A stretch of 54,565 nt of DNA from an uncultured Candidatus Saccharibacteria bacterium (GTDB lineage: Bacteria; Patescibacteriota; Minisyncoccia; UBA6257; GWB1-50-10): positions 1,298 through 55,862 of the forward strand of contig CAYHLH010000003.1 of NCBI GenBank assembly GCA_964357525.1, in the 5' to 3' direction. Shown here piece after piece: positions 26,309 to 36,753 of the stretch. Every line of letters begins with the position of its first letter. Within the stretch, counting starts at the first letter, position 1. Position numbers and translations under genes: made by a program. The notes under the pieces were generated by a model. The model was not told the origin of the DNA, searched no databases, and was given only the letters and a program-made list of their open reading frames with translations.

Positions 26309-27163
26309 CTAGTCGGACTCGAGGCGGTCGCGGATGGCCTTGAGCTCGTGGAGCGCGCGCTCGGCCTCCTCCCTATTCGGCGCCTTGCCGTGCCAGCGGT
26401 AATCACCCTCCATGAAACTCACTCCCTTCCCAGGAACGGTCTTCGCGATGATGACTGTCGGCCCCTCGCGCACCGTCCCAGCTTCCACAACGGCGCTCAC
26501 AAAGGCCTCGATGTCGTTCCCATCTATCTCGAGCGCGTGCCAGCGGTGCGCCTCGTATTTTTCCCTCAACGGCTCGAGGGGAAGCACTTTCTCAGTCCGC
26601 CCGTCTATCTGTATTCCGTTGCGGTCCACGATCAAGGTGAGGTTGTCGAGCTTCATCTTTGCCGCGAAGAGCACCGCTTCCCAATGATTCCCCTCGTCGT
26701 GCTCCCCGTCCGAGGCGATGCAGAAGATGCGGTGCTTCTTGTGGTCGAGGCGCGCCGCGAGCGCCATGCCTATTGCCTGCGAAAGGCCGCACCCCAGAGG
26801 CCCCGAGGTCGTCTCCACACCCGGCACGGAGGCGCGGTGCGGATGCCCCTGCAATCTTGAATCAATCTTCCGTAGGGTCTTGAGTTCGCTCTCGGGAAAA
26901 TAGCCGGCGAGCGAGAGCGTCGCGTACTGCACGGGGCAGATATGCCCGTTCGAGAGCACCACGCGGTCGCGCTCGTCCCAGTTCGGTTTCTTCGGGTCGT
27001 GCTTCAGAATATGAAAATAGAGCGCGGCGAAGATGTCCGCCATGCCCAACGGGCCGGCGGAGTGTCCGCTTCCGGCCTCCAAGAGCATTTCAATGACGCG
27101 CTCGCGTATGACTTCCGCCATGCGCTCGATGTGCCGCAGACGCATTTCGGTAAGGGCTTCCAT
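26309..27163 (-). CDS. Transketolase, N-terminal (ThDP-binding) subunit
   Basis: GSGH, RDRVVLSNGH, LQGHP, SGPLG.G, SDGEHDEG..WEA, WHGKAP. Confidence 0.95.
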   Translation of the reverse strand: MEALTEMRLRHIERMAEVIRERVIEMLLEAGSGHSAGPLGMADIFAALYFHILKHDPKKPNWDERDRVVLSNGHICPVQYATLSLAGYFPESELKTLRKIDSRLQGHPHRASVPGVETTSGPLGCGLSQAIGMALAARLDHKKHRIFCIASDGEHDEGNHWEAVLFAAKMKLDNLTLIVDRNGIQIDGRTEKVLPLEPLREKYEAHRWHALEIDGNDIEAFVSAVVEAGTVREGPTVIIAKTVPGKGVSFMEGDYRWHGKAPNREEAERALHELKAIRDRLESD

Positions 27164-27180
27164 AAATTTATTCTACCAGT

Positions 27181-28902
27181 TTAACGTTTCTTTTTCTTCG
27201 GCTTCCGTTTCGGCTTGCCCCTTTTTGCACTTTCTTTTTTCTTTTTCCCGCCTGCAACGCTTCGCGTAGCAATTCGGGCAGGCCTTTTCTCCTTCGACTT
27301 AGGGCGCATGGCCGCCTTGATGAACCCCGAAAAGAGCGGATGCGGGTGCAGGAACCTGGAGAGGAACTCCGGGTGCGCCTGCGTGGCGACGAAGAACGGG
27401 TGGTCGGTGATCTCTATCATGTCCACGAGGTGCGCCGCTTTCTCCGCGACGCCGGAAACGACGAGACCCTTTGACTCCAGGGTTTCGCGGTAATCGGGAT
27501 TCACCTCGTAGCGGTGGCGGTGCCGCTCCTCCGCTTTCCGAGCGCCGTAGAGCGCCTCGGCTCTCGTCCCCTTTTTCAAAACCATGCCCGCCGCGCCGAG
27601 GCGCATCGTCCCGCCGAGCTCCTTCACCTGCAATTGCTCTGGAAGTATGTCTATCACCGGATGTGGCGTGCGAGAGTCGAATTCGGTGGAGTTCGCACGC
27701 TTGAGACCGCACACGTGCCGCGCGAACTCTATGACGGCGATCTGGAGGCCGAGGCAGAGCCCCAAGAACGGGACTTTGTGCGTCCGCGCGTATTCAACCG
27801 CCTTCACCTTACCCTCGCCCCCGCGCTTCCCGAACCCGCCGGGGATCACGATGCCCTGCACTCCCTTGAACTCCTTAAGGAAATCCGGCCTCTCGGAATC
27901 TATGCGGACGAGTTCGAGATTCGTCCCCGCGTGGAGCGCCGCATGCTTCAAGGCCTCCTCCACGGAAATGTAGGCGTCCACGTGCGCGACGTACTTTCCA
28001 ATTAGCGCTATTTTCACCGTCCTCCTGAACTTGCCCAACTTGCGCGCGAGGGCCGTCCACTTCCGCATGTCGTTCTTCCTGGGCGCGATGCCGAAACGCC
28101 TCATGATGAGCGTGTCCAGTTTCGCCTCCTTCAGGTGGATGGGCACGTCATAGATGGACAAGACATCCACCGCGGGGATGATGTGGTCCGGGCGCACGTT
28201 CGTGAACAGCGCTATCTTGTCCTTGTTCTCCTTCGCGATGGGGCGCTTGCTCCGCACGATGAGGAAATCCGGCTGTATGCCGCGCCCCTGGAAGAGCGTC
28301 ACCGACTGCTGAATGGGCTTCGTCTTCTCCTCGCCCGAGGGGAAGATGTAATCAATCTTCACCACGTGTATGAAGAGCAGGTTGTTCCTTCCGAAGTCCC
28401 AGAACATCTGCCGCGCCGCCTCGACGTAGGGCTCCGCCTCGATGTCGCCGACCGTGCCGCCGATCTCCACAATGACGACGTCCGCCTTGCGCTTGCGCCC
28501 CGCCTCGACGATGCGCCGCTTTATCTCGTCCGTGACGTGCGGGATTATCTGGATGGTCTTCCCGAGGAAATCGCCCCTACGCTCCATTTTCATCACCGAC
28601 TCGTACACCGCGCCAGTCGTGAAATTGCTGAGCCTGTCGAGAGAGACGCCGGAGAAGCGCTCGTAGTGCCCGAGGTCGAGGTCCGTCTCCGTGCCGTCGT
28701 CGAGGACGAACACCTCGCCGTGCTGGTACGGGTTCATCGTCCCCGCGTCGCGGTTGAGGTACGGGTCCACCTTCACATTGAGGCAATCGATGCCCTTCGA
28801 TTTCAAAAGCGTGGCTATAGAGGCCGCCGCGAGGCCCTTCCCGATGCCGGACACAATGCCTCCCGTAATGATGATGTATTTCGTCTGCTTTTTCCTAGGC
28901 AT
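27181..28902 (-). CDS. pyrG: CTP synthase
   Basis: GGIVSGIGKG, DPYLNRDAGTMNPYQHGEVFV, GLCLG, RHRHRYE, QAHPEF. Confidence 0.98.
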   Translation of the reverse strand: MPRKKQTKYIIITGGIVSGIGKGLAAASIATLLKSKGIDCLNVKVDPYLNRDAGTMNPYQHGEVFVLDDGTETDLDLGHYERFSGVSLDRLSNFTTGAVYESVMKMERRGDFLGKTIQIIPHVTDEIKRRIVEAGRKRKADVVIVEIGGTVGDIEAEPYVEAARQMFWDFGRNNLLFIHVVKIDYIFPSGEEKTKPIQQSVTLFQGRGIQPDFLIVRSKRPIAKENKDKIALFTNVRPDHIIPAVDVLSIYDVPIHLKEAKLDTLIMRRFGIAPRKNDMRKWTALARKLGKFRRTVKIALIGKYVAHVDAYISVEEALKHAALHAGTNLELVRIDSERPDFLKEFKGVQGIVIPGGFGKRGGEGKVKAVEYARTHKVPFLGLCLGLQIAVIEFARHVCGLKRANSTEFDSRTPHPVIDILPEQLQVKELGGTMRLGAAGMVLKKGTRAEALYGARKAEERHRHRYEVNPDYRETLESKGLVVSGVAEKAAHLVDMIEITDHPFFVATQAHPEFLSRFLHPHPLFSGFIKAAMRPKSKEKRPARIATRSVAGGKKKKESAKRGKPKRKPKKKKR

Positions 28903-29602
28903 GTCTCAACTCGGCATACGCTTTCATGAAATCCGGGGCGTCCCAGAGGTACGCGCCGGAAACGACGATGTCGGCGCCCGCCTCCCTTGCGCGGGTCGCG
29001 AGCTCCGGCGTGATGCCTCCGTCAATCTCAATGACGCATGCGGGGAGGTCCCTCCGGAGGTATTCCACCTTCTCTATGGCGCCCGTAATGAAGGTCTGTC
29101 CCGAATACCCCGGATGCACCGCGAGGCATTGCGCGAAGCCGCACACGGCGACGTAGGGAACCGCCTCCTCGGCGTCGGTCTCGGGAAGGATCGAGACGCC
29201 GATCTCAAGGCGCGGATGTTTCTTTTTCAGGGCGAAGAAATTGTCCGTGAACTCGCGGATGCCGAGTGTCTCGACGTGTATCAGCACGCGCCGCACCCCG
29301 GCCGCGACCCACCGGTCGATCTCGAGAAGCGGCTTCGTAACCATCAGGTGCACTTCGATGAACATTCCCTTCGCATGCTCCTTCACCGCGTCGGGCGCGC
29401 CGGACTCCATGAGGAGCGACGCGGGCGCGAAGGCGCCGTCCGCGACGTCCAGATGCACGTACTTGAACCCGAGCGGACGGAGCGTTGAGAGGCGCTCGAC
29501 GACGCACGGCGTATCCTTGCAGTTAACGGCGGGGATGACCGCGATCCGCCTTCGGCGGAGGCGGAAGAAACGGAGGAGTGACTTCAGGTCAAACCGTCGC
29601 AT
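28895..29602 (-). CDS. rpe: Ribulose-phosphate 3-epimerase
   Basis: HLDVADG.F, EVHLMV, VHPGYSGQ.F, IEIDGGI, GADIVVSG. Confidence 0.93.
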   Translation of the reverse strand: MRRFDLKSLLRFFRLRRRRIAVIPAVNCKDTPCVVERLSTLRPLGFKYVHLDVADGAFAPASLLMESGAPDAVKEHAKGMFIEVHLMVTKPLLEIDRWVAAGVRRVLIHVETLGIREFTDNFFALKKKHPRLEIGVSILPETDAEEAVPYVAVCGFAQCLAVHPGYSGQTFITGAIEKVEYLRRDLPACVIEIDGGITPELATRAREAGADIVVSGAYLWDAPDFMKAYAELRHA

Positions 29603-30059
29603 CTTTCATCGTTTGCTCCTCTATTCCCTCGATGCGCCTCAAACGCTCGGCATGCGCGGCTTCGTGCGAGAACGGCGTGGTGAGCCACGTAAGGGCGATC
29701 TTCTTCGCCGTATCGGGCGTCGTGTAGTCGGCGGCAAGCACAAGCACGTTCGTATCGTCGTCGTTTCTGGCGTCGTACGCGTGGTTCGGGTTCAAGGCAA
29801 GCCCCGCCCTGACGTGCTTGAACTTGTTCGCGGCGATGTCCATCCCGACGCCGCTCCCGCAGACGAGGATGCCCCTCCCGTTCTCGTAATTCGAGGTCAC
29901 CTTCTCGGCGACCGCCTTCGCGAAGTCGGGATAATTGTCGTTCGGGTCGCGTGTCAGATTCCCCATATCCTCGATCTGATACCCCTTGTCCTTGAGGAAT
30001 CCTTTGAGGGTTTCCTTCAGATCAAATCCTTTGTGGTCGGCGCCAATGTAGAGAATCAT
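29589..30059 (-). CDS. rpiB: Ribose-5-phosphate isomerase B
   Basis: GADHKGF.LK, YPDFA, GILVCGSGVGM.IAANK, NVLVL. Confidence 0.95.
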   Translation of the reverse strand: MILYIGADHKGFDLKETLKGFLKDKGYQIEDMGNLTRDPNDNYPDFAKAVAEKVTSNYENGRGILVCGSGVGMDIAANKFKHVRAGLALNPNHAYDARNDDDTNVLVLAADYTTPDTAKKIALTWLTTPFSHEAAHAERLRRIEGIEEQTMKDATV

Positions 30060-30161
30060 ACTGAGTAGTATACCCTACACGCACCGAAAATTGGAGAATT
30101 TGATTTTTTAACGGATATATGGTATAGTAAAAAACAGTAGGGATAGAAAGGACAATTAAAA

Positions 30162-30446
30162 ATGTATCTCATTCTTATGAAAAACCCTGAGATGATAAAA
30201 ACGCTCTCAGATACTCTCAGGGAGAAGAGGTTCAGCGGTTTCGACGTCTCGGAAATCCGACACGCGAGGCATGTCATGGAACACGGGCCAAAGATAAGGT
30301 TCGTGGTTGCCGAAACATCCGAATTTCCTAAAACGGAGATGGAGGAGCTTATTGCGACTCTGAGATTGCGCGGGACACGCACCTTTGCCCTGAGAAGGGA
30401 GCGTGATTTCGAACGGTTGTTAGAAATAATTAGAAGCTGCCCTTAG
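30162..30446 (+). CDS. Hypothetical protein
   Basis: ORF with AAAGGA upstream and terminator hairpin at 30434-30457. Confidence 0.55.
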   Translation: MYLILMKNPEMIKTLSDTLREKRFSGFDVSEIRHARHVMEHGPKIRFVVAETSEFPKTEMEELIATLRLRGTRTFALRRERDFERLLEIIRSCP

Positions 30447-30484
30447 GCAGCTTTTTTATTTCCTCAAAAAGCGGCATCGTTCCT

Positions 30485-31240
<756 letters not shown>

Positions 31241-31251
31241 AGCATAAGAAA

Positions 31252-31337
31252 TTGACCTAATTGATCTAATTTCTAATTGACCTAATCAAACTCCAAGTTC
31301 CAAATCAAAAGTTTAGGTTAATTAGGAATTAGAAATT
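31252..31337. repeat. Low-complexity short tandem/inverted repeats (CTAAT / ATTAG units)
   Basis: TTGACCTAA TTGATCTAA TTTCTAA TTGACCTAA ... TTAGGTTAA TTAGGAA TTAGAAA. Confidence 0.6.
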
Positions 31338-31342
31338 TTCCG

Positions 31343-32539
31343 CTATTCCTCGTAGACGCGGATGAGTTCGTTAAACTTCACCATGCGCTCGTGCGCCGGC
31401 GCGCCGATCTTCACCCCATCCGCAGACGAGGCGCGCGCGAGGGAAATTATGAACGCGTCCTCAGTCTCCCCGGAACGGTGCGAAACGATGGTGTGGAGCT
31501 TCAGGTTCTTCGCCTCAGTAAGCGCGTCGCACGCTTCGGAGACCGTGCCTATCTGATTCGGCTTTATGATAACGGCATTTATCGCGCGTTTTGCAGCCAT
31601 TTCGCGTATCCGCTTCGCGTCCGTAGTCGTAAGGTCGTCTCCCACAGCCCATTTCTCTCCCAACTTCGGCAGGAGCATCCTGAACCCGTCCACATCGTCT
31701 TCTGCGAACGGATCCTCTATTGAGCACAGGTATTTGGATCTTTTGAAATAGTCCTCGTAGCGTTTGCATAATTCCTTCGCATTAAGCGTTTCTCCTCCGA
31801 ATTTGTACGCTTTCCCCGTGAAAAACGAAGACGCGGCGACATCCAGCGCAATCGAGCACTTTTTTCCCAGTTTCCTCGCGGAAATTTCGTTCTCCAGCAA
31901 TTTTATAGGCTCGAAGTTGTCTTTCAAAGGCAGCGCATACCCGCTCTCGTCCCCCAGCGGTAGAACCTTTGATTTGAACTTCTTCCTCAACGTATTGCCG
32001 AGCGAGCGGTACACATCGACCGCTAGCGCAACATCGTCCGCATAATTCTTTCCGGGACGGACGACAAGCATGTATTCCTGAATGTCCAGACCGCTATCGG
32101 CGTGCGCGCCACCATTCATGAGGTTCGCAAAAATGGAGGGCCTGCGCGAATCGTCCGCATTGGGGAAAAATTCCCGACGAAGCAGGAGCCAGAGCGAAAC
32201 GTCGCGCTCCGACGCGCGGGCGCGCGAGAACGCAATGGAATACCCGAGAAGCACATTCCCTCCGAGGCGCGATTTGTCATCCGTACCGTCCGCGTCCAAA
32301 AGCGCCTTATCGAACTCCCTGACCGAAGAGAATTCTCTCCCGACGAGAAGTTTCTTCAGCTCCGCAGCCGATTTCTTCGCGCGGGCAAAGTCCACGGAGA
32401 CAGCCTCTCTCTTTCCTTTGCTTTTCCCTGAAGGAACGCTGGCGCGAAAAACCCCTTTTTCCGTCAGAATTTCGCACTCAACGGTTTCCTCGCCGCGGGA
32501 GTCGAATATCTTCCATATGCTGAGATCCTTAATAATCAT
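31343..32539 (-). CDS. eno: Enolase
   Basis: IFDSRG, VPSG, NGGAHA, DIQE, SIEDPF, VGDDL, KPNQIG, SHRSGETED. Confidence 0.96.
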   Translation of the reverse strand: MIIKDLSIWKIFDSRGEETVECEILTEKGVFRASVPSGKSKGKREAVSVDFARAKKSAAELKKLLVGREFSSVREFDKALLDADGTDDKSRLGGNVLLGYSIAFSRARASERDVSLWLLLRREFFPNADDSRRPSIFANLMNGGAHADSGLDIQEYMLVVRPGKNYADDVALAVDVYRSLGNTLRKKFKSKVLPLGDESGYALPLKDNFEPIKLLENEISARKLGKKCSIALDVAASSFFTGKAYKFGGETLNAKELCKRYEDYFKRSKYLCSIEDPFAEDDVDGFRMLLPKLGEKWAVGDDLTTTDAKRIREMAAKRAINAVIIKPNQIGTVSEACDALTEAKNLKLHTIVSHRSGETEDAFIISLARASSADGVKIGAPAHERMVKFNELIRVYEE

Positions 32540-32547
32540 TTTGTTTC

Positions 32548-33549
32548 TCAATGAAGCGTATGCACTGGATTTCCCGACAAAAATCCCTCGATGTTCTGCA
32601 TTGTGGTTTCAAGAATCCGCTCCATAGCCTCCTGCGAGTTGAAAGCGTTATGAGGAGTGATGAGTACGTTTTGCATCCTCATTAGTATATGGTTCTCCAA
32701 AACCGTTTTCATCTCGTTTTCCGAGTGCTTAGCAGACTTCAGGAATTTCATCTCGTCTTTCACTTCGCCTTCCTCTTCCAAGACGTCGAGGCCCGCGCCG
32801 GCCAGGATGCCGTTCTGGAGCGCGTAGACCAGGGCGTCGGTCTCGACGAGCGGCCCCCTCGCCGTGTTCACGAGATACGCACCTTTCTTAATGAGGCCGA
32901 TGTTGCTCATATTCACGATGTGCTTCGTGCCCTCGTTCAAGGGCGCGTGGAGCGTGATTACGTCGGAATTCTTCAGAAGCTCCTCCAGAGGCACGTAGGA
33001 AAACCCCAATTCGTCCGCGAACTCCCTGTTCGGCATCGGGTCGTAGCCGAGCACTTTCATTCCGAAGCCTTTGGCGATCTTTACGGCCTCCTTTCCTATG
33101 CGTCCCGTGCCGATAACGCCTATTGTCTTCCCTTTGAGATCTGTGCCGCGGAGATTCTTGAAATCAAAACTTCCTGTTTCCTTCACCTGGTCTATTGCGA
33201 GATAGATCTTCCGCGTAAGCGCGAGAATAAGGCTGAAAGCGAACTCCGCAACCGTGTTGTCTCCGTATCCTGGAACGTAGGACACGACGATCTTCCTCTC
33301 CCCGCACGCCTTGAGGTCGATGTGGTCGTATCCCGTGCATCGCGCGGTCAAAAACTTGAGGTTCGGGAAGCGCGCAAGAGCATCCTTGTCCACTTTGGAA
33401 TTCACAAACACCGACACGATGTCGAAATCCCGCGCGGACTCGAAGTAGTTGTCCATCGGGAGCGGGGAAAACGTGAGTTCGTGGGTCGGGAAGCGCTTTT
33501 TCAGGGTCTCCGGCTCCCACCCCTCCAGTTCGAAGAACGCGAGTTTCAT
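32548..33549 (-). CDS. D-isomer-specific 2-hydroxyacid dehydrogenase (D-lactate dehydrogenase-like)
   Basis: TGYDHID, VAEF, GVIGTGRIG, NTARG, LDVLEEE, ITPHNAF. Confidence 0.93.
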   Translation of the reverse strand: MKLAFFELEGWEPETLKKRFPTHELTFSPLPMDNYFESARDFDIVSVFVNSKVDKDALARFPNLKFLTARCTGYDHIDLKACGERKIVVSYVPGYGDNTVAEFAFSLILALTRKIYLAIDQVKETGSFDFKNLRGTDLKGKTIGVIGTGRIGKEAVKIAKGFGMKVLGYDPMPNREFADELGFSYVPLEELLKNSDVITLHAPLNEGTKHIVNMSNIGLIKKGAYLVNTARGPLVETDALVYALQNGILAGAGLDVLEEEGEVKDEMKFLKSAKHSENEMKTVLENHILMRMQNVLITPHNAFNSQEAMERILETTMQNIEGFLSGNPVHTLH

Positions 33550-33565
33550 TGCACTATTCAGTATA

Positions 33566-34144
33566 TCAAAGTTCCATACTGAAAATCTCCTCGTACCTGG
33601 AACCGTGCGCCTCCAAATGCGATTCCATCAGGACGAGTTCCTCGAGCGGGAAGGAAACCGGCTTCAGTTTTGGAAGCCTCACGCCTGGGCACACCCCTTC
33701 CCTCAGGCGGGCGTAGGTGATGTGCGCGGTAAATTGCGCGTGGTCGTCCGCGAACCGGATGCCGCGGCTCTTGAGCTCGCGCTTTAGGTCGTCTGCAATT
33801 GCGCCCAATATCCGCGACGTTTCCGCGCTCCCCAGAAACCAAATCATCCGGGGATTCCTCTCGGAGGGCACGCACGCAATCTGCACAATTTCTAAATCTG
33901 CACCATTCCACAATTCCATAGAATTGTGGAATGGTGCGGCAACTGTGGCACAGAGCGCTTCTTCCACCTTCGGAACATCTCTCTCACCTGTATCATCCAA
34001 AAAAACCAGCGTGAAGTGCCAATTCTCCGGCGCGACGATCTTTGCGCTTCCGCGCAGCGGCTCCTCGAGCGTCCTCGTCGCGCTTTCCAGCTCGAAACGG
34101 GCATAGTCGGGCAACGGAACCGCGATGAAAAGTCGCTTATTCAT
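33566..34144 (-). CDS. thpR: RNA 2',3'-cyclic phosphodiesterase (2H family)
   Basis: RLFIAV, HFT and HIT 2H motifs, L.ES.L...GSRY. Confidence 0.9.
   Translation of the reverse strand: MNKRLFIAVPLPDYARFELESATRTLEEPLRGSAKIVAPENWHFTLVFLDDTGERDVPKVEEALCATVAAPFHNSMELWNGADLEIVQIACVPSERNPRMIWFLGSAETSRILGAIADDLKRELKSRGIRFADDHAQFTAHITYARLREGVCPGVRLPKLKPVSFPLEELVLMESHLEAHGSRYEEIFSMEL
33900..33937. repeat. Palindrome family C, in-frame inside thpR
   Basis: GCACCATTCCACAATTCCATAGAATTGTGGAATGGTGC encodes APFHNSMELWNGA. Confidence 0.85.
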
Positions 34145-34183
34145 TCGTTTGTATTTTACCCCCTTGTCGGTAGAATGAGAAAA

Positions 34184-34459
34184 ATGCTCAAAAAGGAGGA
34201 ATACATGAAGGGGCTCGCGGAGCGGGGTGAGAAGAACAAAAACCGGGTTTCTTCCCGCTTCCAATCCACGGGACTCGCAATCGCCGATATACTCGAGGAC
34301 GTGGGGCACAAGGCACTCTACATCAAGCTTTCAAAAGAGAACAACGAGGAAAAATTGATGACTCTCGCGAAAGACATCGCCGGCAACCCCAAGATAAAGA
34401 ACCGCGGCGCGTATTTCATGAAACGGGTACAGCAACTTAAGCAGGAAAAGAAACTGTGA
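34184..34459 (+). CDS. Hypothetical protein upstream of def
   Basis: 91-aa ORF (HKALYIKL...NRGAYFM); TAGAAT 7 nt before the ATG; ends 4 nt before def. Confidence 0.7.
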   Translation: MLKKEEYMKGLAERGEKNKNRVSSRFQSTGLAIADILEDVGHKALYIKLSKENNEEKLMTLAKDIAGNPKIKNRGAYFMKRVQQLKQEKKL

Positions 34460-34463
34460 ATCA

Positions 34464-34997
34464 ATGATAGACATCAAGCCGAAAAACCGCATACTTTCCG
34501 TGAATGTGAAATCAGAACGCGAATTCCTCCGAAAAAAGACTGAAGAGGTGCCTCATGAGCTCCTCAAGGACAAAAAATTCCAGAAGGAACTCCGCGCGAC
34601 CCTGGAGACGATGCGGAAGATGATGGTCGCGGTGGACGGCATCGGCCTTTCCGCGAACCAGGTCGGCATTCCATACCGCTTTTTTGTCGCGCGCGCGGCG
34701 GACAAGGACGGCAAGATGAGATTCTATTCCGCGGTGAACCCGAAGATATTGAAGATAGGGAAAGCGAAAGAAGCCGTGGACGAAGGATGTTTGAGCGTCC
34801 CTTTGAAATTCGGGCCGGTGGAGCGCTCGGCTTCCCTCACGCTCGAGTGCCGCAACCTCCAGGGGAAAAAGGCGAAGATAGAGGCAAAAGGCCTCCTAGC
34901 GCGAATATTCCAGCACGAGACGGACCACCTGGACGGGAAGCTCTTCATCGACAAGGCAAAATATGTGGAAGAGATCGGAAAGGAAAATAGGAGTTAG
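34464..34997 (+). CDS. def: Peptide deformylase
   Basis: GIGLSANQVG, EGCLSVP, QHETDHLDG. Confidence 0.97.
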   Translation: MIDIKPKNRILSVNVKSEREFLRKKTEEVPHELLKDKKFQKELRATLETMRKMMVAVDGIGLSANQVGIPYRFFVARAADKDGKMRFYSAVNPKILKIGKAKEAVDEGCLSVPLKFGPVERSASLTLECRNLQGKKAKIEAKGLLARIFQHETDHLDGKLFIDKAKYVEEIGKENRS

Positions 34998-35009
34998 GAA
35001 TCAGAACTC

Positions 35010-35831
35010 ATGGACAAATTCGTCTTTTTCGGTACGCCCCGCTTCGCGGAGATCTTCCTAATGGGAATCATGGAAAAAGGATTCTCCCCTTCGCTCGTAG
35101 TGACGAATCCCGACCGCCCGGCGGGGAGGAAAAAGGAACTTACCCCTCCTCCAGTGAAAATTCTCGCGGAAAAGCGCGGCATTCCCATACTACAGCCGGA
35201 TAAGCTTTCGGTCGGTTTTGACTCCAAAGGAGCGGAATTCGGCATCGTCTCTGCCTATGGCGGCATCATTCCGAAAGTGGCCATAGAGGCGTTCCCGAAA
35301 GGCATCATCGGCGTGCATCCCTCGCTCCTGCCTCTCCTCCGCGGCGCAACGCCAATCCAAACGGCGCTTTTGGAAGGGAAAACGGAAACGGGAGTATCGC
35401 TTTTCCTTCTCGACGAAAAAGTGGACCACGGACCGATAATCAACGAAAAACAGGCAATAATAGACGAAAACGACGACTATCTCTCGCTCGAGGAAAAGCT
35501 CGCCGAGTTCGGCGCGGAGCTTTTCGTGGAAACAATAGAAAAATACCTATCGGGCGAAATCGCACCCGAGACACAGGATGAATCGAAAGCGACCTTCACC
35601 AAGAAATTCTCCCGCGAGGACGCGTTCGTTCATCCCGAAACGCTTGCGGCGGCGGAACGCGGCGAGGATGCATTCCTCGTGTCGCGGAAGATTAAGGCGT
35701 TCGTGGCGGAACCCGGCGCGTGGACGATAAAAAACGGGAAGCAGATGAAGCTCCTCGAGTGCGCGGTGCTCGAGGGAAAACTGATTCTCAAAAAGATCCA
35801 AACCGAAGGCAAAAACCCCCAAACCCTCTAA
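35010..35831 (+). CDS. fmt: Methionyl-tRNA formyltransferase
   Basis: FFGTP.FA, VVTNPDRPAGR, HPSLLP.LRGATPIQ, D.GPI. Confidence 0.96.
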   Translation: MDKFVFFGTPRFAEIFLMGIMEKGFSPSLVVTNPDRPAGRKKELTPPPVKILAEKRGIPILQPDKLSVGFDSKGAEFGIVSAYGGIIPKVAIEAFPKGIIGVHPSLLPLLRGATPIQTALLEGKTETGVSLFLLDEKVDHGPIINEKQAIIDENDDYLSLEEKLAEFGAELFVETIEKYLSGEIAPETQDESKATFTKKFSREDAFVHPETLAAAERGEDAFLVSRKIKAFVAEPGAWTIKNGKQMKLLECAVLEGKLILKKIQTEGKNPQTL

Positions 35832-35832
35832 T

Positions 35833-35866
35833 ATCATTCTACAATTCTATGGAATTGTAGAATGAT
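35833..35866. repeat. Palindrome family C, downstream of the ArsR-like gene
   Basis: ATCATTCTACAATTCTATGGAATTGTAGAATGAT. Confidence 0.85.
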
Positions 35867-36144
35867 TATTTTAGCACGATATCGATCGCTTTTCGGAAAT
35901 CTTTCGGCAATTCACGATTCAACCAATAGAATACGTGCCCCTCGGCGCCCCGTGACTCCACCACATCCAAATTCTTGAGCAGCGCCAAGTGATTTGAGAG
36001 AGCTTTAAAAGAAATCTCCAGCTTTTCCGAAATGTCGGTAACCGACAATTTTTCGCCATTCATCAGAAGTTTGATGATCCGGAGACGGTTCGGATTCGCC
36101 ATCGTTCTGAACACGACGCCCCACCTTTTCGTGTTTACACTCAC
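35866..36144 (-). CDS. ArsR-family HTH protein
   Basis: FRTMANPNRLRII, LSVTDISEKLEISFKALSNHL..LKNLDVV; GTG start 6 nt after TATAAT. Confidence 0.88.
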   Translation of the reverse strand: MSVNTKRWGVVFRTMANPNRLRIIKLLMNGEKLSVTDISEKLEISFKALSNHLALLKNLDVVESRGAEGHVFYWLNRELPKDFRKAIDIVLK

Positions 36145-36150
36145 GTCGTT

Positions 36151-36188
36151 ATTATACCATTCCACAATTCCATAGAATTGGGGAGTAG
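36151..36188 (-). promoter_or_regulatory. Palindrome family C abutting the -10 box of the ArsR-like gene
   Basis: Minus strand: CTACTCCCCAATTCTATGGAATTGTGGAATGG-TATAAT-AACGAC-GTG. Confidence 0.75.
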
Positions 36189-36197
36189 AAAAATGAC

Positions 36198-36527
36198 CTA
36201 TTGCCGCAATTCGAGTGTGTCCCCCACCACAAGGCGCACGCCATCAATGGTGCCGGCGGGGAGCTCGAAGACATCCTGAAAGCGCGGGTCCCAGAAGAAG
36301 AACCTACCCGGCTGTAGATTTTTTTTTACAGTTCGGACGCGCAGCGCTTCGTCCGCGATGACGATGTCTATGGGGAACTTCACCCCGAACGTGTGTATGC
36401 CCCAGCGCGTCCTGAAATACGCTCCGGAAGGAACCGAGGCGCCGATGAGTCCCTTCGATTTTTCCGCGAGCGTTTTCAGTTCCTCCACTTTGCAGACCTC
36501 CTCGCCGGTTTTTTTGAAAAGAGTCAC
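36198..36527 (-). CDS. DUF192 family protein
   Basis: KGLIG, IHTFGVKFPIDIV, VFELPAG. Confidence 0.85.
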   Translation of the reverse strand: MTLFKKTGEEVCKVEELKTLAEKSKGLIGASVPSGAYFRTRWGIHTFGVKFPIDIVIADEALRVRTVKKNLQPGRFFFWDPRFQDVFELPAGTIDGVRLVVGDTLELRQ

Positions 36528-36742
36528 TGGATCTCCACGAGCTTTTTCCTTCCGCGCCCGCCCTTGATTATTGAAACTGCGGATCTCGGAACGCCGAAAT
36601 GCTTCGCGAGGAGCGCCGACACCTCCGCATTTGCCTTCCCCTCTTTGGCAGGCGACTTCACAAACACCCTGAGGTCGCCCCCGGCGAGCTTCACAACTTC
36701 GCTCTTTCTCGAACTGGGCTTTACCTCAATCGCAAATTTCAT
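36524..36742 (-). CDS. DUF167 (YggU) family protein
   Basis: VKPSSRK, PAKEGKAN..V..LLAKHFGV..S.VSIIKG..GRKK. Confidence 0.9.
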   Translation of the reverse strand: MKFAIEVKPSSRKSEVVKLAGGDLRVFVKSPAKEGKANAEVSALLAKHFGVPRSAVSIIKGGRGRKKLVEIQ

Positions 36743-36753
36743 CGGTTAATACA

